A DNA stretch of 64,000 bases from Acidobacteriota bacterium (GTDB lineage: Bacteria; Acidobacteriota; UBA6911; RPQK01): contig JBHGBF010000042.1 in NCBI GenBank assembly GCA_041946865.1, forward strand, positions 31-64,030. Reading direction: 5' to 3'. The notes below the pieces were generated by a model. That model saw only the letters and a list, made by a program, of their open reading frames with translations, had not been told where the DNA came from and made no database searches. This document shows positions 10,571-18,589 of the stretch, one piece after another (the first letter of the stretch is position 1; each line of letters begins with the position of its first letter). Position numbers and translations under genes: made by a program.

Positions 10571-10846
10571 TCAGGTGCTCAAGTAGGGCCGCAACGCCTG
10601 GTCGACCTCGGATGGCTGCACTTCTTCGCCTCGGTTCAAACGGGAGATGATGTCGTTGATCGCAGATTTGGCCTCATCCTTCTTGAGGTTCAGGATGAAG
10701 CCGTCGTAGAAATGCTCGCCCGCCATGGCCCGGTTGATCTCCGTCTCCCGGTTGTGGTCGTTCAGCTCTGTGAAGTACAGGACCCGGAAGCGCCGGTTGT
10801 AGCCGGCCTCCCGGTAGATCTCGAACATCACCTTATCTGACTGCAT
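10571..10846 (-). CDS. Hypothetical 91-aa protein, last gene of the activase-like operon
   Basis: Its ORF overlaps the stop of the 1171-aa gene by 14 nt on the same strand. No recognisable motif. Called from operon position only. Confidence 0.4.
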   Translation of the reverse strand: MQSDKVMFEIYREAGYNRRFRVLYFTELNDHNRETEINRAMAGEHFYDGFILNLKKDEAKSAINDIISRLNRGEEVQPSEVDQALRPYLST

Positions 10847-13800
10847 AGGCCTCTCCTGCTTGTTCCTCCGGCGCAGGCTGTTCGAATTGCCTGCGCAACC
10901 CGAGCTCGTAAGCGGCCAGGCGCTCGTTGAGCAGTCTCTCCTTTTCGGCCTTGTTCCGCAGGTCCTGCTGGTAGCGCTTCAGGAAGTAGTCAATCGTTTC
11001 GACTCGAATCTTGAATGAGCCCGCCGGTTTGTTCTCATCAATGTCTTTGAAGGAGAAATAGGGAGTGCCCGACTCTTCGATGATCTCCTCAACGACTGAG
11101 TAGATCGGCGCGTCGTGCCCGCACTTGAAGCTCGAAAGCTCCAGAGCCACAAGGTTGGGATGGCGCGCGGTGAATTTTGCGCCCCAGATCTTGTGACTCG
11201 TGTTTTCGCTGTAACCGTTCTTCCAGGCGTCGCTGATGTCGAGCGGCGAGCGGATCACTCCCTCCTTCACTTCCTCTCCGAACAACCGTTCGAGCAGGTC
11301 TTCATCAAGGGGCAGGGAATGGAGAGTAAAGACGGGGTAGCCGGCCTTCTGGAACTCCTCCAGAATCTCGTGATTGATCCCGGGATCGTTATGGTACGGC
11401 CGTCCGAGGAGCACGATTCCAACCCGCTGCTCCTCCTCGAGCAGATCCAGCACCTCCCGGGCCTTTCTCCGCAACGTCTGATTCACGAACTTGTCCAGCG
11501 CCTGGTAGCCCTGCTCAACGGCCCGGTCGTTTTCCTCACGCGACAGTCCCAGGATATCCTTGAACTGGTTGAACATCTGTTGCCTGAAAAGGCCGGGGTT
11601 GGCGGGGTTGACGAAGGTGTCGAGAAAGACGACCCCTTTCTCGGCAAACAGGTCCCCTTCCTTGATGAACGCGGCTTTCACCGCCTCCGGCGTGGTCGCA
11701 ACCGTGGGACAGGCGCGGCAACCCTGGGTGTACTCGAGCGGCGAAGGCAGATCATCGATCATCGGGAAGAAGATGTAATCGAGCCGGGACTTTTCGTGCT
11801 TTTCAAAGAGCAGGTTGTGCACGTGCGGAATGGCCACTTTGGACGGGAAACACGGGTCGATGGCGCCGCGTTTCGCGCCCTCTTTGTAGAGCTTTGTGTC
11901 GGTGAAGTCCGAGTACACAAGATTGGCCGGCTTGACTCCCAGGCTCTCAAAGTAGGCGCTGAAGACGGGGTTCAGCGAGTACATGTTCAGGACCCGCGGA
12001 ATTCCGATCCGAATCCGCTCGCGCCGTTTCATCGCTTCGACCCGGCGCTTCTGTCCCGGGGTGATCGCATACCGGGGAAGCTCGTCCGCAACGCGCTCGG
12101 GTTTCCAGGACTGCCAGACGGCCCTCGCTGCCAGCTCCGCCATGTTGGGATTGGCGTCCTTCACCCGGTCGAGCCCCTTTTTGATCTCCCGCATGTCGTT
12201 GACGTCCTCGACCGTCCCTTTTTCGCAGGTGGCAATGATCAGCCGCGTTGTGCCGGGCTCCAAGGGCACTTTGCTGTTTCGGGGTTTGGCCTCCGCCGGA
12301 TTCGCCGTCCGGACCTTCACATCGATAAACGTTCGCAGGCACTTGTTCTTACAGAAATAGCAGCGCGTGTTTTCGTTGCAGGTTGAGTTGTAGGAGATGC
12401 GGTTGACGGCATCCATACCGATAAAGCTGGTCTCGCCGGTCTCGGCGTACAGCCGGCAGGCCTCGAGCGCCGCGCCGATCGCTCCGCTTTCGCCCGAGTG
12501 CTCGTGGACGATGATCTCCGGCCTGGCCGGCTTGTCCTTGAACCTGGATTCGATGAAGTCGACCTGGGCCTTCACGGCGGCCAGATTGTACTGGGTCCCG
12601 CCCTGCAGGACGAATTTCCGGCCCAGTGCCGCAAGGTTCGGGATTTGCGCCACGTACAGCCAGATGTTCTTGGGAAGGACATTGGCAAGTCCGGCCATGA
12701 TCTCCTCGGGTTTCCAGCCTTTTCGCTGGAAATCGACGATGTCGGACTGGAGGAAGACGGCACAGCCCGAGCAGAAACTGGGAAAGGCGCCGGCGCTGAA
12801 GGCGACATCGGCGAACTTCTCGACCGGGATACCGAACGACTCCGCGGTCGACTGCAGGAAGTACCCGTTTCCGGCCGAGCACTGGGTGTTGAGCTTGAAA
12901 TCCTTGACCCGTCCCTCTTTGAGCACGATGATCTTGATGTCCTGCCCGCCGACGTCGCAGATCACGTCCACATCCTTGTAGAAGTGAAGCGCCGCCTGGG
13001 TGTGAGCGACGGTTTCCACGATGGCGGCGTCTGCGCCGATCGCCTCGCGGAGGATGTCTTTGGCGTAGCCGGTGGTCCCAACGCCGAGGATGTTAAGACT
13101 GGCGCCCTGTTCCTCTACCTGCTGCCGCAGTTTGGCGAACATGTCTTTGGTATCTTCGATCGGATTTCCTTTGGAGAGCTGGTAGGCTTTCAGCAGGAGT
13201 CTCTTGTCGCGATCGATGACGACGGCCTTTGTCGAGGTGGAGCCGCCGTCGATACCGACGAAGCCTTCCACAACCTCACCGGGAGAGAAGCGAGGCGGCG
13301 TGAATTTCTTGCGGGTGTATCGGCGGACAAACTCCTCGAGCTCTTCCTCGGTCTTGTAAAGACCCCGCCCTCCGCCTTTCTTGCGCTCCTCCTCCCGGCC
13401 TTCGCGCAGATACCACTCGAGCTTCTCGCACCCTTTGCAGGCGCCGACCCAGGGCTCTTCGCGCTTACCGAATTCCACCGCGCCAATGGCGGCAAAATAC
13501 TGGGCGTCATCCGGCACGCGGATCAGAACGGCCGGGTCAACACCTTCCGGGAGCGGTACATTGCGCTCCTTCCAGAGAAGGACGATATTGTGCTTCCAGC
13601 ACTCGACCATACCCTTGATGAAGGTATTCGGGCCACCCAGCAGGAGGACGACAGGCCTGAGCGTGTGGCCGCGCGTGAGGACAGAAAGGTTCTGTTGGAT
13701 GATCGACTCGAACAGAGACGCCATCATTTCGTCGCGCGACACCCCGGACTTCTGCAGGCTGTTGATGTCGGTCTCGGCAAAGACCCCGCATTTGCCGGCG

Positions 13801-14348
13801 ACGGGGTGGAGATTGATGCCGTTGTAGCCCTGTTGGCATAGCTCCCCGGCCGGGATTTTGAGTTTTGACGCGATCTTGTCGATGACGGCCCCGGTGCCGC
13901 CCGCACATTTGTCGTTCATGCTCGGGATCTTCTTCTTTCTCCCCGCGTCGTCGATTTCCTTGAAGATAATGATCTTGGCGTCCTGTCCCCCAAGCTCGAT
14001 GACCGAACCGGTCTCCGGGTAGAGCTTTTCCACGGCGAGGGAGACCGCATTTACCTCCTGGACGAACTTTGCCCCAAGGAACTCCCCTACGGTGGCGCCG
14101 CCGGAGCCGGTCGTGAAAATGCGCATTTTGTGCGGGACTGAGCCCGGGAAATCAGCCTCCAGGCGCTTCATGAAGTCCAAGCACTTCTCGAGTTGCCTGG
14201 TTTCGTGTCGCTGATAGTCCTGCCATACGATCTGGTCTGTGGCGGGATCGACCACCACGGCCTTGACGGTGGTCGATCCAACATCCAGACCGACGATCAG
14301 CTCCTCGTGACGCTCGATGGATACAACCTTAAGAGCCGGACCTGGCAT
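10833..14348 (-). CDS. Fused double BadF/BadG/BcrA/BcrD-type ATPase (CoA-enzyme-activase-like) with C-terminal HgdB/2-hydroxyacyl-CoA-dehydratase-like domain
   Basis: Two ASKHA-fold activator ATPase N-termini are present ('LIVGLDVGSTTVKAVVVD' and 'VGIDGGSTSTKAVVID'). The cysteine-rich C-terminal half resembles the dehydratase D-component / DUF2229. Confidence 0.65.
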   Translation of the reverse strand: MPGPALKVVSIERHEELIVGLDVGSTTVKAVVVDPATDQIVWQDYQRHETRQLEKCLDFMKRLEADFPGSVPHKMRIFTTGSGGATVGEFLGAKFVQEVNAVSLAVEKLYPETGSVIELGGQDAKIIIFKEIDDAGRKKKIPSMNDKCAGGTGAVIDKIASKLKIPAGELCQQGYNGINLHPVAGKCGVFAETDINSLQKSGVSRDEMMASLFESIIQQNLSVLTRGHTLRPVVLLLGGPNTFIKGMVECWKHNIVLLWKERNVPLPEGVDPAVLIRVPDDAQYFAAIGAVEFGKREEPWVGACKGCEKLEWYLREGREEERKKGGGRGLYKTEEELEEFVRRYTRKKFTPPRFSPGEVVEGFVGIDGGSTSTKAVVIDRDKRLLLKAYQLSKGNPIEDTKDMFAKLRQQVEEQGASLNILGVGTTGYAKDILREAIGADAAIVETVAHTQAALHFYKDVDVICDVGGQDIKIIVLKEGRVKDFKLNTQCSAGNGYFLQSTAESFGIPVEKFADVAFSAGAFPSFCSGCAVFLQSDIVDFQRKGWKPEEIMAGLANVLPKNIWLYVAQIPNLAALGRKFVLQGGTQYNLAAVKAQVDFIESRFKDKPARPEIIVHEHSGESGAIGAALEACRLYAETGETSFIGMDAVNRISYNSTCNENTRCYFCKNKCLRTFIDVKVRTANPAEAKPRNSKVPLEPGTTRLIIATCEKGTVEDVNDMREIKKGLDRVKDANPNMAELAARAVWQSWKPERVADELPRYAITPGQKRRVEAMKRRERIRIGIPRVLNMYSLNPVFSAYFESLGVKPANLVYSDFTDTKLYKEGAKRGAIDPCFPSKVAIPHVHNLLFEKHEKSRLDYIFFPMIDDLPSPLEYTQGCRACPTVATTPEAVKAAFIKEGDLFAEKGVVFLDTFVNPANPGLFRQQMFNQFKDILGLSREENDRAVEQGYQALDKFVNQTLRRKAREVLDLLEEEQRVGIVLLGRPYHNDPGINHEILEEFQKAGYPVFTLHSLPLDEDLLERLFGEEVKEGVIRSPLDISDAWKNGYSENTSHKIWGAKFTARHPNLVALELSSFKCGHDAPIYSVVEEIIEESGTPYFSFKDIDENKPAGSFKIRVETIDYFLKRYQQDLRNKAEKERLLNERLAAYELGLRRQFEQPAPEEQAGEAYAVR

Positions 14349-16095
14349 CGGCTTCCCCTCCTGTGACTGACGGTAGACTGATCCTGGACTTCATTTCCTT
14401 GCGCATCAGCTCCGATACCTGCAGGACGTAATTTGCGGCCTTGCCCACGACCCCCTTTCTGTGCGGAATCCGGAAGAACGGTCGCTTGAGCTCCGGGTGA
14501 TCGTCCGCAAAGGCCCGGATTTCGGAAAGGCCGAAGCCGCACGAGCCGAGGGCTTGCTTGAATTCCTCGCCCGCCTTCGTCCGGGCTTCTCCAAGGGCCA
14601 TCTGGACCCGGCTGTAGGCGTTGACCGCTCCTTCGCCGGAAGTCTCGATAGGCAGGTAGATCATGTCCTTGTACCGCGAGGTAACGGCCGCCTGCGCTCC
14701 ATCTGACTGGGTCGAAGGCATGCACCCGAAGGGCTTGAGCGAGAGGACCATGTGAGCCAGGTCTTTGTTGCTGTAATAGATATTCTTGGCCACTTCCAGG
14801 TGGCCTTCGCCGCCTCCGGACCGGCTGTTGTAGTAAGGATGTCCGAGGCGTTGCAGCTCATACTGATCGTTTAAAGGAGCAACCGTTCCTCCCAAGGTCT
14901 TTCTCAAACGGTTGAACTCCCGCCTGAAGACGGACTCGGCCAGCTTGAGCTGCATGAGCCGCCGGCGGTAACCCCACTCGTGGCGGACCCGCTTGTCGAT
15001 CCTCCAGGCCGGGGCATTGAAGCCGACGTTCCTGGTGTCCCGCGCCTTCTGAACGGCCTGGTGGAGCATGTACAGGATCCAGGTTCCGACCGGCTCGACC
15101 ACCACTTCAGCGCCTTCCTTTTCCAGGAATCGGAACATCTTGAAATTGCCGTCTCCTTCCGTGGTCTGGGCCCAGAACTCCCCCGTGATGTGGACGATCG
15201 GGCGGACCCGTGTGAAGTCGACCTCAATCTCTTCAAAGCGCTTGCGGACCTGGCGGAGTCCTTCCACGTAGTGCTCGCTCCGCAGCTGGTTGATGAACTT
15301 CTGCAGGTACGTCGCCGCCTGTTTCTTGTTGCCCAGAAGGCGAGCCCAGCGTCCCTCGATCTCGGGACGCTTCTTGGACTCCATAACTTCATGCAGGAAA
15401 CGAACGGAATCGTCGAGCACCTTGTCGGTCTGGCCTTCGTTGACTTCGTAGGGACGAACCAGGTGGCCGAGAGCACCGACAAGATCCCCGAGATTCAGCG
15501 AGTTCAGGATGGCCAGGAAGAAATCGAGGTTCATTTCCAGGCCGGCCGCGACCCCCGCCTGCGACAGGCCTCCGGATTGTTGAAAGAGAAGCACGCGAAA
15601 TCCGTCGAAACCCGAGTTCCTTAATGCCAGCCGGTACTCGGCTTCGTACATGCCGAAGCGGCAGGGCCCGCAGGCGCCGGCAGTGAAGAACACGTAGTTG
15701 TCGATGATCTGCTGTCTGGTCAGCCCCTTCTCCTCAAGTCCCTGGAGGTATTGGACGAGGTTTCCGACCGTGAAGTACGTGGGGTTGCATTGGCCGTTGT
15801 TTCCATATTCCTTCCCCAGCCTGAAGGCCTGGACATCCGGAGTGGGCAGATACTCGCACTTGTACCCCAGTCCTTCGAGGCTGCCGTGAATGAGATGCTC
15901 GTGTTTCCACGTCAGCCCGCCGAAAAGAACCGTGGTGTGAGCCCTTTGATCAGCCGTGAACGGGCGTTCCTCCGGCCTTCGAAAATGCTTGCGGCGTTGT
16001 TCGTCGACACCCAGCTCTTTCCTGAGCCGCTCTCGCTCCAGGCGCACTCTTTCCTGGATCTCCCTCTCTGTATGTTCCAACCGGACTAACTCCAT
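14329..16095 (-). CDS. Acyl-CoA dehydratase activase-related protein (HgdB/DUF2229-like, Cys-rich)
   Basis: 588 aa with clustered cysteines ('NGQCNPTYF', 'AGACGPCRFGMYE', 'KPFGCMP') typical of HgdB-like Fe-S components. It overlaps the downstream ATPase gene by 20 nt. Confidence 0.55.
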   Translation of the reverse strand: MELVRLEHTEREIQERVRLERERLRKELGVDEQRRKHFRRPEERPFTADQRAHTTVLFGGLTWKHEHLIHGSLEGLGYKCEYLPTPDVQAFRLGKEYGNNGQCNPTYFTVGNLVQYLQGLEEKGLTRQQIIDNYVFFTAGACGPCRFGMYEAEYRLALRNSGFDGFRVLLFQQSGGLSQAGVAAGLEMNLDFFLAILNSLNLGDLVGALGHLVRPYEVNEGQTDKVLDDSVRFLHEVMESKKRPEIEGRWARLLGNKKQAATYLQKFINQLRSEHYVEGLRQVRKRFEEIEVDFTRVRPIVHITGEFWAQTTEGDGNFKMFRFLEKEGAEVVVEPVGTWILYMLHQAVQKARDTRNVGFNAPAWRIDKRVRHEWGYRRRLMQLKLAESVFRREFNRLRKTLGGTVAPLNDQYELQRLGHPYYNSRSGGGEGHLEVAKNIYYSNKDLAHMVLSLKPFGCMPSTQSDGAQAAVTSRYKDMIYLPIETSGEGAVNAYSRVQMALGEARTKAGEEFKQALGSCGFGLSEIRAFADDHPELKRPFFRIPHRKGVVGKAANYVLQVSELMRKEMKSRISLPSVTGGEADARSGS

Positions 16096-16338
16096 GACGA
16101 CCTCCCGTTGGAGTCTGGCTCCGTGTTTGTTTTAGACTTCGGGCCTGACCGTTCTGTAAATAGGCCGAGTATAGGCACATTTCGGTCAAATGTAGCATTC
16201 CTTCGAACGGAATTGAAGCCCCATGGGCGCCATGCGGTCACGGATCAAGGCAGGAACCGAGTCAGAGGAGGTTCGGATTGGCGCGAAGAACGCGCAACAA
16301 GCTAGACCGGCAGCAGGGCAAGGGCGCTGAGGCGTGGC

Positions 16339-17034
16339 TCATGGATGGCGGCCCGGAGAACGCCTGGCCCTGGCGTGGTGACGGCGCGCTTTCGCACGGT
16401 TGCCGCAATCGGACATTTGACACCATTTACGGCTCCGGTTCTTGCTGGTGTCAAGAAACAACCAGCCGCACTGGGCGGCCTGGCACTCGCGCACCCTGCC
16501 GACCAGGGGCGAGGTCAGAAGGTCGGCAGCTGAGCGAACGATCGGCCCGAGCAGCGAGTCCAGCCGGTCGCAATCCACCCACGTCCAGGTCAGCCGCCCA
16601 CCGTCCTGGACCAGGCGCAGGCGCCGGTAAGCCGTCTCGGCCTCCCGGTTCAACGTCCTCAGGTCCTTGGCATGGACTGCTGAGAGTTGAACCAGTGAAC
16701 GAAAGATGGCGTCCAGGGCGGCGCGAAGTCGCAGCGCCCGCCGCAGGACTTGTTCAGCCTCGGCAGGCTGCTGGCCGGCCGCCTTAGTCAGTTGCCCCGC
16801 TGTTTCCTCGGTCAGTATTCCGGCGTGCCGACCCCATGTCACCATGTCCGTATAGCTGTTCAGCAGCTCTCGCCGGCGCGGGCCGAAGCGCCACGCCACG
16901 GTGTTCGTAAAGTCGAGGCAGAGAGGGTTTCCGATCAGGTTCGAGTTGGAAACGCTGGGGGTCACGGGCCTGATTATAACCCACAAACTCCTGTTGACAC
17001 GCCGCGATAACCGGATTACTGTGGTAACCGCCAA
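16339..17034 (-). CDS. ABATE-domain / CGNR zinc-finger putative transcription regulator
   Basis: C-terminal 'CQMSDCGNRAKARRHHAR' CGNR zinc-finger motif and an N-terminal 'LCLDFTNT' ABATE signature. The start is uncertain. Confidence 0.6.
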   Translation of the reverse strand: MAVTTVIRLSRRVNRSLWVIIRPVTPSVSNSNLIGNPLCLDFTNTVAWRFGPRRRELLNSYTDMVTWGRHAGILTEETAGQLTKAAGQQPAEAEQVLRRALRLRAALDAIFRSLVQLSAVHAKDLRTLNREAETAYRRLRLVQDGGRLTWTWVDCDRLDSLLGPIVRSAADLLTSPLVGRVRECQAAQCGWLFLDTSKNRSRKWCQMSDCGNRAKARRHHARARRSPGRHP

Positions 17035-17070
17035 AAAGCATTTTACAGGTTACATAACCAAGGAGGCGCT

Positions 17071-18060
17071 ATGAAGGCACGATGGCAGGCCTGGGCGAAG
17101 GAACGAGGCTACCGAATGGTCTGGGGCGACCCATCTGAGGTAGGAGAGGCGCTGAGCGAGATTGACAGCAGAAGACGGCGCGGCGAACTGGAGGCGCGCT
17201 TCGACGAGGAGAACCTGAGTCAGTTCACGCCCCTCGACGAGGAGACGATCCGCGGTATGAGGACGCTGGTCATCATCGCAGTCCGGCGGCCCGCCCACCG
17301 CCTGCTCTTCAGATTTAAGGGAGGCGCTTTGGAGGCGATTGTGCCCCCCACCTACGTCAACTACAGTCTGCTCCCCGACCGGATCCGGGCCGATCTGGAA
17401 CGCAACGTTTTAAACGGGCAGGGCCAGATTCGGCACATCCAGATCCCGCTCAAGCTGGTGGCCGCCCGACTGGGTCTGGTGACTTACGGCCGTAACAACC
17501 TGACGTATCTGAGAGGCTGGGGCAGCTACCATCAACTGGCGGGGTTTCTGACCAGCGTCGATCTGCAGCCCAAACAGTCGTTCATTCCTTGTTCGGAGCC
17601 CGAGGCCGGCCACGGCGGGTCGGGCGAGCGGCTCCAGCCTGCTTGCCGCAACTGCCGGAGGTGCGTTTCGGCTTGCCCGACCGGGGCGCTGGCCGGCGAC
17701 CGCTTCCTGGCCAGGGCTGAACGGTGTCTCACCCTGACTAACGAGCAACCGGGCGCCTGGCCCGATTGGATTCCTCCTTCGGCGCATCACTGCCTTGTTG
17801 GGTGCCTCCTATGCCAGCAAGCCTGCCCGGTCAATCGCAAGCGACTGGAATTGGAAGATCTAACGACGGTCTTCTCCAGCTCGCAGATGGCCAAAATCCT
17901 GGCGGGGGAAGCGAATCAAACCGATCCGGCCTGGAATCAAATCAGCGCGAAGCTGACCCAGGCGGGCTTGGGCGGTTACCTGCCCGTACTCAGCAGGAAT
18001 CTGCGGGCGCTTGAGCGGGCGAACGGTGCCGTGGGGCGAACGATGCCGTGTCGTGTCTAA
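17071..18060 (+). CDS. 4Fe-4S protein related to epoxyqueuosine reductase (QueG-like)
   Basis: Carries 'CRNCRRCVSACPTGAL' and 'CLVGCLLCQQACPVN', resembling the QueG ferredoxin motifs 'CxxCxxCxxxCPTxAI' and 'GCDxCQxxCPWN'. It is shorter than canonical QueG. Confidence 0.5.
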   Translation: MKARWQAWAKERGYRMVWGDPSEVGEALSEIDSRRRRGELEARFDEENLSQFTPLDEETIRGMRTLVIIAVRRPAHRLLFRFKGGALEAIVPPTYVNYSLLPDRIRADLERNVLNGQGQIRHIQIPLKLVAARLGLVTYGRNNLTYLRGWGSYHQLAGFLTSVDLQPKQSFIPCSEPEAGHGGSGERLQPACRNCRRCVSACPTGALAGDRFLARAERCLTLTNEQPGAWPDWIPPSAHHCLVGCLLCQQACPVNRKRLELEDLTTVFSSSQMAKILAGEANQTDPAWNQISAKLTQAGLGGYLPVLSRNLRALERANGAVGRTMPCRV

Positions 18061-18144
18061 ATCATTCACGTCGGCTGGATCAAAGGCGCCGGCCGGTCAA
18101 CGATGCGGTGAAGGGTCATTTGTTCCACTTTGCAAAACTACGAA

Positions 18145-18180
18145 GGAAAAAAGCGCCTGAGGCGGCTTTACCTCAGGCGC
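18145..18180 (-). terminator. Orphan intrinsic terminator-like hairpin, minus-strand orientation
   Basis: Perfect 10-bp inverted repeat gcgcctgagg/cctcaggcgc around an 8-nt loop, preceded on the plus strand by an A7 run that reads as a T-run after the hairpin on the minus strand. No minus-strand CDS lies upstream of it. Confidence 0.4.
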
Positions 18181-18342
18181 GCCGGGTTGGGGAAGGACTG
18201 CTTCACCGCAGCAAGGATCGTCGAAAACTGCTGGTTCGACAGGACCTTGTGCGGCCGGCGCGACCGCGCGCGGTCGAGGTCAAACGCATGCTGACTGCGC
18301 TGATTCAAAAGCTGACCGCTGATCGCTGAATGCTGATCGCTG

Positions 18343-18460
18343 GTAACCCCTCAGTCTTCGTACGGCGAGGCTCCGAAAGCGCCACAGAGCCGCAAGCGCG
18401 ACGTTTTTTGCGGTTCTGTGGCGCTTTCGGAGCCTCGCCGTGCGAAGACTGAGGGGTTAC
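18343..18460. repeat. Palindromic REP/MITE-like element (family 'gtaacc[gc]ctcag'), copy D
   Basis: Two ~52-nt arms with 'gtaacccctcag'/'ctgaggggttac' termini. Two mismatches exist between the arms. 'gatcgctg' appears on both flanks. Confidence 0.7.
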
Positions 18461-18589
18461 GATCGCTGATCGGTTTAAATGCGGCGCCTGGTTGGTGTCG
18501 GTGTATACTCCCAGGGACTCGGCTACAAACCGGGTGAATCTTTGCCCCAGCCCGCTGCAAACTGAAGGGGGCGCCCAGGAGATTGTTTC

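Noticed and set aside
11115-13841. 423-aa and 447-aa plus-strand ORFs inside the 1171-aa activase-like gene
   Set aside because: Antisense to a well-supported CDS, low-complexity and Arg/Gly/Pro-rich translations typical of GC-rich non-coding frames.
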